Assembly: GCA_963663895.2 (NCBI GenBank)
Contig: CAXXRD010000002.1
Span: 192,001-256,000 of the forward strand
Source: Dehalococcoidia bacterium
GTDB taxonomy: Bacteria; Chloroflexota; Dehalococcoidia; Bin125
Reading direction: 5' to 3'
DNA length: 64,000 bases
A model generated the notes under the pieces. The model was given only the letters and a program-made list of their open reading frames with translations. It was not told where the DNA came from and ran no database searches. The position numbers and the translations under genes were made by a program. This document shows positions 10,696 through 21,361 of this stretch, piece after piece; the stretch's first letter is position 1, and every line of letters starts with the position of its first letter.

Positions 10696-11039
10696 CGACA
10701 GACGCCAACACGCATCCGGACGCCCTCACGATCACCTACGTGGAGCGGTCGCTGGGTTTCGGCGGCGACGACGCGGCGACGTTCTTAGTCGACCGCCCCG
10801 GCCACCCCAAGGCCGAGTACGATCTGCGCTTGGCGATGGACGCGCTCGAGCTGTTCCAAGCGAAGACGGGTGAGCTGGACGCCGATCAGAGGCAACGCCT
10901 ACTGCAAGCGCTCGCCACGCGCATCTACCCGCGACTTTTCTCCGGCGAGCAACGTCTCGTGGCGATCGCCGTCGTCCGCGCGCGTGACATCGCTCCCTCT
11001 GAGGTGGATGACATCCTGGCAGACGCGGGACTCAGCTAG
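10692..11039 (+). CDS. Hypothetical protein inside the arg operon
   Basis: ATGA overlap with the argG stop; 115 aa with a protein-like composition. Confidence 0.7.
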   Translation: MTTDANTHPDALTITYVERSLGFGGDDAATFLVDRPGHPKAEYDLRLAMDALELFQAKTGELDADQRQRLLQALATRIYPRLFSGEQRLVAIAVVRARDIAPSEVDDILADAGLS

Positions 11040-11128
11040 GTCAACTAAGGTGGAGGGGCGTGCGACCGTCTCCCAGAAGCCTATCGCTGCTGATCCGGTC
11101 CGCAAGCGCGACGGGCAGGGCATTCTCC

Positions 11129-12556
11129 GTGGCACAGTTAGACGACACCAGCAACGCAGCTCAGCAGGGGCGCACATGGGGCAGTCGCTTCGCGCGCCAG
11201 CCGGCGGAGGCCGTCAGGGCATTCACCGCGTCGATTGAGACGGATGTAGCGCTCTACCGGCAGGACATCGCAGGATCACGTGCGCACGTACGGATGCTGG
11301 CGGCGCAGGAAATCATCCCCCGCTCCCAGTGCGACGCGCTCTTGCAAGGGCTGGACCAAGTGGAGCAGGAGATCGCAGCGGGCGCGCTGGAGCTGAGCAA
11401 CGAGCGCGAGGATATCCACACGCACGTCGAGGCGCGGCTCGCGGAGATCATCGGCGAAGAGGCAGCGGGGTGGTTGCATACCGGCCGCTCGCGCAACGAC
11501 CAGGTCGCACTCGACACACGCCTGTACACGCGCGACGCAATCGATGACGCGAACGAGGGCATCCTTGCGCTGCAGACGGCATTGGTGGAGTTGGCCGAGC
11601 GCAACTTCAACATCTACTTGCCGGGCTATACTCACCTGCAGCGGGCGCAGCCGCTGCTGCTCGCCCATCACCTGCTGGCCTATTTCGAGATGCTGGATCG
11701 CGACGCCGCGCGCTTCCGCGACGCGCGGACACGCGTCGACGTGCTGCCCTTGGGCAGCGCGGCCCTGGCGGGCGCGGCGCACCCCATCGATCGGGAGGCG
11801 GTCGCAAAGGATCTCGGGTTCAGTGCGGTCTCCGCGAACAGCGTGGACGCGGTCGCGGACCGCGATTACATCGCGGAATATCTTGCGGCGGCGGCGATGA
11901 CGCTCGTGCACCTATCGAGATTGAGCGAGGAGCTCGTGCTTTGGAGCAGCGCCGAGTTCGGGTTCCTCGCCTTGGACGACGCCCATACGACCGGATCCTC
12001 GATCATGCCGCAAAAGAAGAATCCGGACATCGCCGAGTTAGCGCGGGCAAAGAGCGGCCGGGTGATGGGGCACCTGGTGGCGCTGTTGACGACGCTCAAG
12101 GGACTGCCTCTGGCGTACAACCGCGACTTGCAGGACGACAAGCAGGGATTATTCGACACGGCGGCAACCCTGTCCGGCACCCTGTACGTTCTCGCGACGG
12201 CCCTGGACGGCGTGCGCTTCGATAGCGCGCGCACGCAGGCGGCGGTCGACGGGGATCCTTTCATCCTCGCCACGGACTACGCCGACTACTTGGTGCGGAA
12301 AGGGCTGCCATTTCGCAAGGCACACGCGGTCGTTGGAGACCTGGTACGGCGGTGCGAGGCGGAGGGCAAGGGCCTGGCCCATCTGACGCTCGCCGAACTG
12401 CAAGCGTCCCATTCGTCGTTCGACGCGGACGCCGTCGGGATGACCGCTCAGCAGGCGCTGGCCGCGCGCGACGTTCCGGGCGGGACGGCGCCCGCGCGCG
12501 TTCGACAAGCCTTGGCGGATGCGAGGAAGCGCCTGAACGCTGGGGCGGAAGGATGA
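11129..12556 (+). CDS. argH: Argininosuccinate lyase (start uncertain)
   Basis: WGSRF, HTGRSRNDQV, GYTHLQRAQP, GSSIMPQKKNPD, YNRDLQ. Confidence 0.96.
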   Translation: MAQLDDTSNAAQQGRTWGSRFARQPAEAVRAFTASIETDVALYRQDIAGSRAHVRMLAAQEIIPRSQCDALLQGLDQVEQEIAAGALELSNEREDIHTHVEARLAEIIGEEAAGWLHTGRSRNDQVALDTRLYTRDAIDDANEGILALQTALVELAERNFNIYLPGYTHLQRAQPLLLAHHLLAYFEMLDRDAARFRDARTRVDVLPLGSAALAGAAHPIDREAVAKDLGFSAVSANSVDAVADRDYIAEYLAAAAMTLVHLSRLSEELVLWSSAEFGFLALDDAHTTGSSIMPQKKNPDIAELARAKSGRVMGHLVALLTTLKGLPLAYNRDLQDDKQGLFDTAATLSGTLYVLATALDGVRFDSARTQAAVDGDPFILATDYADYLVRKGLPFRKAHAVVGDLVRRCEAEGKGLAHLTLAELQASHSSFDADAVGMTAQQALAARDVPGGTAPARVRQALADARKRLNAGAEG

Positions 12557-13233
12557 CTCGCCCGGTTCGGATCGCGCCGTCGATCCTTGCGGCCGACTTC
12601 GCACACCTCGGGGATCAGGTGCGTGCAGCCGAGGCAGCCGGTGCGGATATGATCCACGTGGACGTGATGGACGGACGTTTCGTGCCGCCGATCACGATCG
12701 GACCGTTGGTGGTGGAGTCCCTGCGGGCGGTGACAGCGTTACCGCTCGACGTGCATCTCATGATCGTCGAGCCGGAGCGGCAGATCGACACCTTCGCGGC
12801 GGCGGGCGCGCACACCATCACCGTGCACGTCGAGACGTGCCCGCATCTGCACCGAACGGTGCACCAGATCAAGAAGGGCGGCGTCCGGGCAGGCGTGACG
12901 CTGAACCCGGCGACGAGCGTCGAGACGTTGCGTGCCGTGCTGCCGGAAGTCGATCAGGTGCTGGTGATGAGCGTGAACCCGGGATGGGGCGGGCAGCCGT
13001 TTATTCCGGCCTCGATCGAGAAGCTCAAGGCGATTCGGGGGATGCTGGACACGATCGGAAGCCAGGCAGTGCTGGAGGTCGATGGCGGGATCCAGGAGGA
13101 GACGGCCGGGCCGGCGGTGGCAGCGGGCGCAGATCTGCTGGTGGCCGGGTCGGCGATCTTCAACGATCGCGAGTCGGTAGAAGCGGCCATGACGCGGCTG
13201 CGCGCATCGATCGAGAAGGAGAAACCGGCTTAG
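12553..13233 (+). CDS. rpe: Ribulose-phosphate 3-epimerase
   Basis: IAPSIL, HVDVMDG, DVHLM, MSVNPG, EVDGG. Confidence 0.96.
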   Translation: MTRPVRIAPSILAADFAHLGDQVRAAEAAGADMIHVDVMDGRFVPPITIGPLVVESLRAVTALPLDVHLMIVEPERQIDTFAAAGAHTITVHVETCPHLHRTVHQIKKGGVRAGVTLNPATSVETLRAVLPEVDQVLVMSVNPGWGGQPFIPASIEKLKAIRGMLDTIGSQAVLEVDGGIQEETAGPAVAAGADLLVAGSAIFNDRESVEAAMTRLRASIEKEKPA

Positions 13234-13262
13234 ACGGGGCAGCGTCGGCGAAGCGAGCGACG

Positions 13263-13478
13263 CTACTTGCTCATCTGCTTGAGGACCGTGCGCAAGCAGC
13301 TGGTGCAGACGTTCTTCCTGACCATCTTGCCGTTCTCGACGAAACGGAGGCGCTGCACGTTCGGTTTGAACATGCGGGAGGTGCGCGGTGCTTTGCGCCG
13401 CCAACGACCGGAATGCTTGTGGCGGATGTTCCGCCCGAAGGATGGTCGCTTGTCACAAACTTCGCAGACAGACGCCAT
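13263..13478 (-). CDS. rpmB: 50S ribosomal protein L28 (Zn-ribbon type)
   Basis: MASVCEVCDK..FGRNIRH..RMFKPNVQ..VCTSCLR; divergent from the DAK2 gene, a conserved context. Confidence 0.92.
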   Translation of the reverse strand: MASVCEVCDKRPSFGRNIRHKHSGRWRRKAPRTSRMFKPNVQRLRFVENGKMVRKNVCTSCLRTVLKQMSK

Positions 13479-13537
13479 GGGGACGCTCCCAACTCGGTGA
13501 AGGTGCGCCGTCGAACAGGCGTTAGAATGCTAGCAAT

Positions 13538-15166
13538 ATGTCGGGGGAGCTGGAAGCAGCGGCGCACGGCCTCAGTGGCCGGTTGCTCATCCAGGCGGCG
13601 ATCAGCGCTGCGGCTTGGGTGGAGCGCAACGCAGCCGCACTGGACGCGATCAACGTCTTCCCAGTTCCGGATGGCGACACGGGAACGAATCTCAGCCTAA
13701 CGCTGCGGGCGGCCGCCAGCGGAGTCGCGGAAGAGTCCGGCAGCAGTGACGCCCCCTCCCTCACGGAGGTGGCAGCGGCCTTGGCGCGGGCGGCGTTGCT
13801 GGGGGCGCGAGGCAACTCCGGCGTGATCTTGTCGCAGTGGCTGCGGGGGCTGGCGGAGGCAGTCGAAGGGGCCGACACCGTTGACGGCTCCGCGCTGGGC
13901 AGAGCGCTGGGAGCCGCAGCCGTTTCAGCGGCGGGTGCGATCAGTAATCCGCGCGAGGGCACGATGGTGACGGTAGCGGAAGCGGTGGGGGAGGCAGTCG
14001 CAACCGTCGAGGCCGGGGCCAAACCGCAGGCCGTGATCGAGAAGGCGTTCGCGGCGGCCCGCGTCGCCGTCGCCAAGACGCCGGAGCAAATGCCCTTACT
14101 GGCGGATGCGGGTGTCGTCGATGCCGGCGGCGAGGGGCTCGCACTCGTGCTCCAGGGGATGCTGCAAGGGATCACCGGCGAGCCACTGCCGACGGCGCCG
14201 ATCGACGCCGGGCGCATCGACGAAGCCTGGCTGTCGCGGGCCGAAGCCACGACTTCCGAGGGACGCTACGGCTTCTGCACTGAGTTCAACGTGATCGGGA
14301 ACGGGCTGGAGGGAGAGCGTCTCAAGAAAGCGCTAAGCGAGGTGGGGGACTCGGTCGTCGTCGCCGGGAGCGCGGAGCTTCTGCACGCGCACGTCCACAC
14401 ACTGGAGCCCGAAGCAGCGTTCGCGGCGGGCGAAACGTATGGACAGGTGTCGGACCGCAAGGCCGACGACATGCACGAGCAACACACGCAGGTGCGTAGC
14501 GGAACCGGGAGTGCAGCCGCCGTGGCAGTGGTAGCGGTGGCGGCGGGGGACGGATTCGCCGCGCTGTTCCAAGAACTCGGCGCGACCGTCGTCGACGGAG
14601 GACACACCTTTAACCCGGACGCCGCGTCGTTGCTGGAGGCGGCGCGGACGACGGGGGCGCGGGACGTTATCGTGCTGCCGGGTCACCGCAACGTGATCCC
14701 CGCTGCGGAACAGGCCGCGGCCCTGAGCGAGAGCGCACGCATGCACGTGGTCCCAACGACGAGCATGCCGGCGAGCGTCGCTGCACTCTTGGCCTGGGGC
14801 GAAGGGGCCAGACCCGAGGAGACCGTCGCGGAGATGACGAATGCTCATCAGCAGATCGTCACCGGAGCCGTCGCGCACGCGGCCCGTACAGTGCGGGCGC
14901 CGGTGCCTCTCCGCGAAGGCCAGCCGTTCGCTTTGATCGAGGGTAAACCGATTGCGGGAGGGGATTCGACCGAGCACGCACTCATGATGTGCGTCGAGGA
15001 GCTGCGAGCGCGCCAACCGCAGAGCAGCCTGCTCACACTTTACGTCGGCGACGAGCCGAGCGCGGAAACGGCGGCGGCGGTACGGGCGGGGGCAGGAGCC
15101 GGATTGGATGTCGAGGTAGTGGTCGGAGGCCAGCCGCACTATCCGTTCATCGTGTCGCTGGAGTAG
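13538..15166 (+). CDS. DAK2-domain fatty acid kinase subunit (FakA/YloV-like)
   Basis: NVFPVPDGDTGTN, GARGNSGVILSQ, VVDAGG, YGFCTEF, HVHT, GGQPHYPFIVSLE. Confidence 0.92.
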   Translation: MSGELEAAAHGLSGRLLIQAAISAAAWVERNAAALDAINVFPVPDGDTGTNLSLTLRAAASGVAEESGSSDAPSLTEVAAALARAALLGARGNSGVILSQWLRGLAEAVEGADTVDGSALGRALGAAAVSAAGAISNPREGTMVTVAEAVGEAVATVEAGAKPQAVIEKAFAAARVAVAKTPEQMPLLADAGVVDAGGEGLALVLQGMLQGITGEPLPTAPIDAGRIDEAWLSRAEATTSEGRYGFCTEFNVIGNGLEGERLKKALSEVGDSVVVAGSAELLHAHVHTLEPEAAFAAGETYGQVSDRKADDMHEQHTQVRSGTGSAAAVAVVAVAAGDGFAALFQELGATVVDGGHTFNPDAASLLEAARTTGARDVIVLPGHRNVIPAAEQAAALSESARMHVVPTTSMPASVAALLAWGEGARPEETVAEMTNAHQQIVTGAVAHAARTVRAPVPLREGQPFALIEGKPIAGGDSTEHALMMCVEELRARQPQSSLLTLYVGDEPSAETAAAVRAGAGAGLDVEVVVGGQPHYPFIVSLE

Positions 15167-15208
15167 GCTCAAGGCGGCGGCTGGTGTTGATACTCTCGGA
15201 AGATCGAT

Positions 15209-16048
15209 ATGACCATCCGCATCGTCACCGACTCCACCGCAGACTTGGACAGCACCGAGATCGCGCAGTACGGCATCACCGTCGTGCCGCTTATGATCCA
15301 TTTTGGATCGGAGAGCCACCGCGCCGGGGTCGATATCCAGACCGATGAATTCTATGGGCGCCTGCGCGACAGCGAGATATTACCGCGTACGTCGCAGCCA
15401 TCACCGGCTGCCTTTCAAAACGCCTACGAGAGCCTGCGTGACGCGGCGGGGATCGTTTCGGTGCACATCAGCGGGAAGCTCTCCGGGACGCTGAACTCGG
15501 CGCGGGCAGGGGCGGAGCTGCTAGAAAGCGCGCCGCCGATCGAACTGGTGGATACGAACTCGGCGTCGATGGGGTTGGGCTTCGCGGTGCTGGCGGCGGC
15601 GCGCGCCGCCGCCGGGGGCGCCGATCTGGCCGCCGTGGCCGCGGCGGCGCGGGAGGCAGCAGGGCGGACGCGGCTGCTGATGCTCCTCGACACGTTGGAG
15701 TACCTGCAAAAGGGCGGTCGTATCGGCAAAGCCCGCGCCTTCCTCGGCACGGTGCTGAGGACGAAGCCGCTGCTGGAGCTGCGTGACGGCGTGATCGAGC
15801 CCCTCGAGCGCCCGCGCACGCGCCAACGAGCGACGGAGCGGCTGTTCGATCTGATCGTGCGCACGCCGGAAGCAGCGGAGATCGTCGTGCTGCACGGATC
15901 GGCACCGGAGGAAGCGGAGGCGCTGGCCCAACGGGTGCGGGAGACGTTGCCGGGCGTATCCGTACGGATTGGGCATTGCAGCCCCGTGCTCGGGGTACAT
16001 ACGGGGCCCGGTGCGCTCGGGGCGGCCATTCTGCGGAGCGGAGCGTGA
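15209..16048 (+). CDS. DegV family fatty-acid binding protein (FakB-like)
   Basis: IVTDST, TSQPSP, ISGKLSGT, LQKGGRIG, HTGPG. Confidence 0.93.
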   Translation: MTIRIVTDSTADLDSTEIAQYGITVVPLMIHFGSESHRAGVDIQTDEFYGRLRDSEILPRTSQPSPAAFQNAYESLRDAAGIVSVHISGKLSGTLNSARAGAELLESAPPIELVDTNSASMGLGFAVLAAARAAAGGADLAAVAAAAREAAGRTRLLMLLDTLEYLQKGGRIGKARAFLGTVLRTKPLLELRDGVIEPLERPRTRQRATERLFDLIVRTPEAAEIVVLHGSAPEEAEALAQRVRETLPGVSVRIGHCSPVLGVHTGPGALGAAILRSGA

Positions 16049-18540
16049 GCGGACGAGGCCAAGCGCGGGTCTCCCCATCGCAACGCACACCGTCGCGGGA
16101 CGGAGCCGGTGACAAGCTCCTCAAGGTCCTCGCGCTCGAGCGCGCACGGCACTTCGACGACGGAGCAGTGTCGGGCGGCCTCGACCGTTTCTTACGCAAC
16201 GCGATCGCGGGGGCCAAGCCGGGGCAGCCGCTCCTCCAGGCGATCGCCGCCCTCCCCAAGAGCGGATACGCGTCGCTCAGCCAGCGCCAGCGATCGGAGT
16301 GGAACAAGCAAGTCCACGTCCTGCTCAACCCGGGGAGGTCCGGCCCGACGCCGACGGTGAAGCGGGCTCGCGGCGCGACGACCAAGCCCGCGCCGGCGCG
16401 GCCGGCGCGGCCCGCGCCGACGAGCACCGTCGACGCACCCGTCGGCAGCCTGGGACGCGTGCGCGGCACCACCGTACGAAGACTGCAGCGCTTGGGAGTG
16501 GAGACGGTCGAGGACTTGCTCTGGTACTTCCCGCGTCGGCACGTGGATTTCACCAAGATGAAACCGATCGCGGAATTGGTGATGGGAGAAGAGGCGACGA
16601 TCGTCGGGACGGTCCAACGCAGTCGCATCGCCTTCATGGGCAAGCGGATGCGCGCGACCGAAGCGACGATCGCGGACGCCAGCGGCAAGATCCGGGCCGT
16701 GTGGTTCAACCAAACGTACCTCGCCAAACAACTCCGGCAGGGGGAGCGAATAGGACTCGCGGGCAGAGTCAGCGCGTACCGAAAGCGGCTTCAGTTGGAC
16801 AACCCAGAGTGGGAACTCCTGAGCGACGACCCCGCTAAGGATGGGACGCACGTCGGCCGCCTGGTACCGATCTACGGCCTGACCCAGGGGCTCTCCGGAC
16901 GCACCGTGCGCAAGCTGGCGCGCGTCGCAGTGGAGCGAGCGCTGCCGCTCGTATCGGAGTCCCTGCCGCCGGAGGTGTTGGAGGAAACGCAGTATCCGCC
17001 CCTGCAACAAGCGATTCGCGGGCTTCACTTCCCAGAGACGCTGAGCGAGCGCGACATCGCCCGGGAGCGGTTAGCCTTCGAGGAGCTGCTGGCGATTCAG
17101 CTGGCCGTTCTGCAGCGAAAGCGCGCAGCGCGGGCTCGACGCGACGCCCCCCCCGTCGAGCTGACCGGGGAGTTCGTGCAGCGGTTCGTCGATGCGCTGC
17201 CGTTCCAGCTCACCCGCGCGCAGATGCGCACCCTGACGGAGATTCGAGCGGACGTTGCCCGGACGGAGCCGATGGCGCGGCTGCTGCAGGGCGACGTCGG
17301 GGCGGGCAAGACGGTGATCGCGGCAGCGGCCGTCTTGGGAGCGATCGCGGCCGGGTACCAAGGTGCCGTCATGGCACCGACCGAGATCTTGGCCGAGCAG
17401 CATTACCGCACCTTCCAGCGCCTCTTTGGGGGAGAGCGTACAGGGTCGGTATTCCACAACTACACGGTCGTACCGGCGTTAGGCCGGCCGGTCCGAATGG
17501 CGCTCCTGACGGGAAGTGTGAGTGCGGCGCGGAAGCGCGAGGTGCAACAGGCACTGGGCGCCGGCGAGTTGGACCTCGTCATCGGCACCCACGCGCTCAT
17601 TCAGCGGAAGGTAGGGATGGACCGCCTCGGACTGGCGGTGGTCGACGAACAGCATCGCTTCGGGGTCTTACAGCGCGATGCCTTGCGCAGCAAGGGACGC
17701 AGTCCGCACTTGCTGGTCATGACCGCGACGCCGATCCCACGGACGCTGGCGCTGACGATCTACGGGGATCTGGACGCGTCGCGTTTGGACGAGCTGCCGC
17801 CCGGACGTCAGCCGGTGGAGACGCGCTATGTGGAGCCGAGCGGCACGGCAGCGGTATACGCGCGCGTACGGGAAGAGATCGCGGCAGGGCATCAAGTCTT
17901 CGTGATCTGTCCGCTGATCGAGGAATCAGAGCTAGTAGAGACGAAAGCAGCCGTGCAGGAGTTTGAGCGGCTGCGCACGACCGTATTCCCCGATCTGGCG
18001 CCCCGGATGCGACTGCTTCACGGCCGGATGAGCGGCTCCGAAAAGGAGTCCGTGATGGCCGACTTGTTGGCAAAGCGGGCCGATATCCTGGTATCGACGT
18101 CCGTCGTAGAGGTAGGCGTCGATGTGCCGGACGCGACGGTGGTCGTGATCGAAGGAGCGGAGCGCTTCGGACTGTCGCAGCTGCACCAGATGCGGGGGCG
18201 GGTGGGGCGGAGCGCGCACCAGTCGTACTGCTACCTCCTTTCGGATAGCGAGGGGGACGGCACGCGGCGGCTGACGCTCATGGAGCAGACGACGGATGGC
18301 TTCAAGCTGGCGGAGGCCGACCTGGAGATGCGTGGTCCAGGTGAGTACTTCGGCACGCGGCAGTCGGGGCTGCCGGATCTGCGCGTCGCGAAGCTCACCG
18401 ATCGCGCACTGCTCTTCAGCGCGCGGAACTACGCGGAGCGAATTCTGGAGCGGGATCCGCACCTGCGCGCGCCGGAGCATCGGGTCCTCGCAGCGCGCGC
18501 GGGGCAACTGCACGTGGAGGGCGCGCAAGCGGTCCATTAG
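16045..18540 (+). CDS. recG: ATP-dependent DNA helicase RecG
   Basis: RLLQGDVGAGKT, DEQHRFG, TATPIPRTL, EVGVDVP, QLHQMRGRVGR. Confidence 0.96.
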   Translation: MSGRGQARVSPSQRTPSRDGAGDKLLKVLALERARHFDDGAVSGGLDRFLRNAIAGAKPGQPLLQAIAALPKSGYASLSQRQRSEWNKQVHVLLNPGRSGPTPTVKRARGATTKPAPARPARPAPTSTVDAPVGSLGRVRGTTVRRLQRLGVETVEDLLWYFPRRHVDFTKMKPIAELVMGEEATIVGTVQRSRIAFMGKRMRATEATIADASGKIRAVWFNQTYLAKQLRQGERIGLAGRVSAYRKRLQLDNPEWELLSDDPAKDGTHVGRLVPIYGLTQGLSGRTVRKLARVAVERALPLVSESLPPEVLEETQYPPLQQAIRGLHFPETLSERDIARERLAFEELLAIQLAVLQRKRAARARRDAPPVELTGEFVQRFVDALPFQLTRAQMRTLTEIRADVARTEPMARLLQGDVGAGKTVIAAAAVLGAIAAGYQGAVMAPTEILAEQHYRTFQRLFGGERTGSVFHNYTVVPALGRPVRMALLTGSVSAARKREVQQALGAGELDLVIGTHALIQRKVGMDRLGLAVVDEQHRFGVLQRDALRSKGRSPHLLVMTATPIPRTLALTIYGDLDASRLDELPPGRQPVETRYVEPSGTAAVYARVREEIAAGHQVFVICPLIEESELVETKAAVQEFERLRTTVFPDLAPRMRLLHGRMSGSEKESVMADLLAKRADILVSTSVVEVGVDVPDATVVVIEGAERFGLSQLHQMRGRVGRSAHQSYCYLLSDSEGDGTRRLTLMEQTTDGFKLAEADLEMRGPGEYFGTRQSGLPDLRVAKLTDRALLFSARNYAERILERDPHLRAPEHRVLAARAGQLHVEGAQAVH

Positions 18541-18610
18541 CTGGAACGCAGCGGCCTCGTGCGATGCTGCGCCGCGAAGCTAAGACCGAGCGAACCTATA
18601 CTGGAGGTTC

Positions 18611-20296
18611 ATGACCCAAACAGTGCGCGATCAGATCCGTAGCGCGCTGGCGGCAGCGCTGGCCGCAGCCCAAGATGCGGGTGCATTGCCGCGCATCCCT
18701 ACGACAGAGATGAGCGTGGAGCGGCCGTCCCGCCCGGAGCACGGCGACTACGCCAGTAGCGTGGCGCTGCGAATGGCGGGGATCGTCGGGCGCAAGCCGC
18801 TGGACGTGGCGGAAGCGATCGCAAGCCGGATCGAGTGCGGCGCGATGATCGAAACGGTGGACGTCGCCGCGCCCGGCTTCATCAATCTGCGGTTAACGAC
18901 GGCCTGGAAGGCGGCGCAAGTCGACGCGGTGCTCGCCGCCGGCGACCGTTGGGGCACGCTGGATCGCGGCGCCGGCAAACGGCTGCAGGTGGAGTTCGTA
19001 TCGGCGAACCCGACGGGGCCGTTGCAGGTCGGCAACGGACGCGGGGCGGTGCTGGGCGACACGCTGGCCGCCGTCCTCGCCGCCGCCGGCTACGACGTGC
19101 AGCGCGAGTACTACGTGAACGATGCCGGAGCGCAGATCCACGCCTTCGCGGAGACGCTCTACGCCCGCTACCAGCAGGAACTCGGGCGAGAGGCGTCGCT
19201 GCCGGAGGGAGGCTACGCAGGCGGCTACATGGTGGATCTGGCGCGAGAGATCGTGGCGGAGCAGGGAGCCGCGTGGCTGCGCCCTGAAGGGGAGGGGCCG
19301 CCGGACGCGCTGACCGAGCGCGGCTTAGCGCTGATGATCGAGCGCATCGGAGCCGATCTGGCAGTGTTGGGCGTCCGCTTCGACGAGTGGTTCAGTGAGA
19401 AGTCCCTGTACGAGTCGAACGGGAGCGAGAGCACATATGAGTCGGCGATGGCCCTGCTCAAGGAGAGCGGCGTCGTGCGAGAGCACGAGGGCGCCATCTG
19501 GTTCGCCTCCAAGCAACTCGGGGAAGACAAGGATAACGTGCTCGTGCGACGGAGTGGCGAGCCGACTTACCTGGCATCGGATATCGCCTACCACTACGAC
19601 AAGTTCGTCCGCCGCGGCTTCGATCGCGTGATCAACGTCTGGGGTGCGGACCACCAAGGGCACGTGTCGCGCGTGAAGGCGGCGGCGGAGGTGGTGGGCG
19701 CGCCACGGGACGGGTTGACGATCGTGCTCTACCAGCTCGTGCATTTGCAGCGCGGCGACGAGCGCGTGCGCATGTCGAAGCGGACGGGCGAGATCGTGAC
19801 GCTGCGGGAACTCATTGAGGATGTCGGCAAAGACGTGGCGCGCTTTTTTCTGCTGCAACGCTCGGCCGATGCGCAGATGGACTTCGATCTGGACCGGGCG
19901 ACGAGCCAGGACCCGAAGCAGAATCCGGTCCACTACGTGCAGTACGCGCACGCGCGCGCGGCCAGCATCTTGCGCACGGCCAACGAGGCAGGGTTGCAGC
20001 CCACAGGCGGTCGCACAGCGCTGCTGACGGAGCCGGAGGAGCTGACACTCGTGGCGGAGATGCTGCGGCTGCCCGAGCTGATCGAGAGCATGGCGGAATC
20101 ACTCGAGCCGCACCATCTCACGACGTATGCGCTGGAGCTGGCGCAAGCCTTCACGCAGTACTACGGGGCCTGCCGGGTGGTGAACGTGGACCACTCCGAC
20201 CTGTCACGAGCGCGACTGAAGCTGACCCTGGCGGCGAAGCTAGTGCTGGCACGCACGCTCGGATTGATCGGAGTTGATGCGCCGGAGACGATGTAG
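18611..20296 (+). CDS. argS: Arginine--tRNA ligase
   Basis: EFVSANPTGP, EYYVNDAG, GADHQG, MSKRTG, YVQYAHAR, APETM. Confidence 0.95.
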   Translation: MTQTVRDQIRSALAAALAAAQDAGALPRIPTTEMSVERPSRPEHGDYASSVALRMAGIVGRKPLDVAEAIASRIECGAMIETVDVAAPGFINLRLTTAWKAAQVDAVLAAGDRWGTLDRGAGKRLQVEFVSANPTGPLQVGNGRGAVLGDTLAAVLAAAGYDVQREYYVNDAGAQIHAFAETLYARYQQELGREASLPEGGYAGGYMVDLAREIVAEQGAAWLRPEGEGPPDALTERGLALMIERIGADLAVLGVRFDEWFSEKSLYESNGSESTYESAMALLKESGVVREHEGAIWFASKQLGEDKDNVLVRRSGEPTYLASDIAYHYDKFVRRGFDRVINVWGADHQGHVSRVKAAAEVVGAPRDGLTIVLYQLVHLQRGDERVRMSKRTGEIVTLRELIEDVGKDVARFFLLQRSADAQMDFDLDRATSQDPKQNPVHYVQYAHARAASILRTANEAGLQPTGGRTALLTEPEELTLVAEMLRLPELIESMAESLEPHHLTTYALELAQAFTQYYGACRVVNVDHSDLSRARLKLTLAAKLVLARTLGLIGVDAPETM

Positions 20297-20323
20297 CCGA
20301 GGCTATCCGGCGGGAGCGGAGCG

Positions 20324-21361
20324 ATGAGCAAACCGAGCGAGTCATTGGCGCAGGAGCGCGTTTTCGCGGGGATCCGCGCGACGGGGCGGCAGCACATCGG
20401 CAACTACTTCGGGGCGATCAAGAACTTCGTCGCACTGCAAGACCGTTACCAGTGCATCTACTCGATCGTCGACTTGCACTCGCTCACCACGCTGACCGAG
20501 ATCGATCAGCTGTCCAACAGCGTTTTCGAGACGGCGCTGGACCTGATGGCTGCAGGGCTCGATCCCAATCGTTGCGTTCTCTACGTACAGAGTCACGTGC
20601 CAGAGGTGTCCGAGCTGCACTTGCTGTTAAGCATGATGGTGCCCAATGGCTGGCTCTTGCGGGTGCCGACCTTTAAGGAGAAAGCGCGCGCGCAGCCCGA
20701 CAATGTCAACTACGGGCTTGTGGGGTACCCCGTCCTCCAGACGGCGGACATCATTCTGTACAAGGCAAGCCGGGTCCCGGTGGGCCAGGATCAGCTGCCG
20801 CACTTGGAGCTGGCGCGTGAGATCGTCCGGCGCTTCAACCATCACTTCGGCGACATGTTCCCCGAGCCGGAGCCCGTGCTGACGGAAGCACCGCTGCTGC
20901 TGGGAGCGGACCGCCGCAAGATGAGCAAATCCTACGGCAATCAGATCGACTTAGCCGCGTCCGAGGCGGAGTCGCTGGAGCGGGTGCGGCAGTTCATCAC
21001 AGACCCACAGCGCGAGCGCAAGAGCGACCCCGGACGTCCAGAGGTCTGCAATGTGTACAGCCTGCACGCCCTCTTCAACGCGGACGAGCGGCCGGAGGTC
21101 TACCGCAAGTGCACGCAAGCGGAGTGGGGCTGCGTCGATTGCAAACTCCAGCTGGGCAACGCGATCAACGACTCGCTGGGGCCGCTGCGCACGCGGCGGG
21201 CGGAGCTCGCGACACGCCCGGATGAGGTCTGGGAGGCCTTAGCCGAGGGAGCAGAACGGGCGCGGGTCATCGCGCGTTCGGTGCTGGCGGAAGCGCAGGA
21301 ACGGATGGGGCTGCCGCCTGCTCGGAGCCGGATCGCGAAGGATGCGACGGCGCCTTCCTAA
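20324..21361 (+). CDS. trpS: Tryptophan--tRNA ligase
   Basis: HIGN, YPVLQTADI, VPVGQDQ, KMSKS; Cys cluster C..C..WGCVDCK. Confidence 0.95.
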   Translation: MSKPSESLAQERVFAGIRATGRQHIGNYFGAIKNFVALQDRYQCIYSIVDLHSLTTLTEIDQLSNSVFETALDLMAAGLDPNRCVLYVQSHVPEVSELHLLLSMMVPNGWLLRVPTFKEKARAQPDNVNYGLVGYPVLQTADIILYKASRVPVGQDQLPHLELAREIVRRFNHHFGDMFPEPEPVLTEAPLLLGADRRKMSKSYGNQIDLAASEAESLERVRQFITDPQRERKSDPGRPEVCNVYSLHALFNADERPEVYRKCTQAEWGCVDCKLQLGNAINDSLGPLRTRRAELATRPDEVWEALAEGAERARVIARSVLAEAQERMGLPPARSRIAKDATAPS

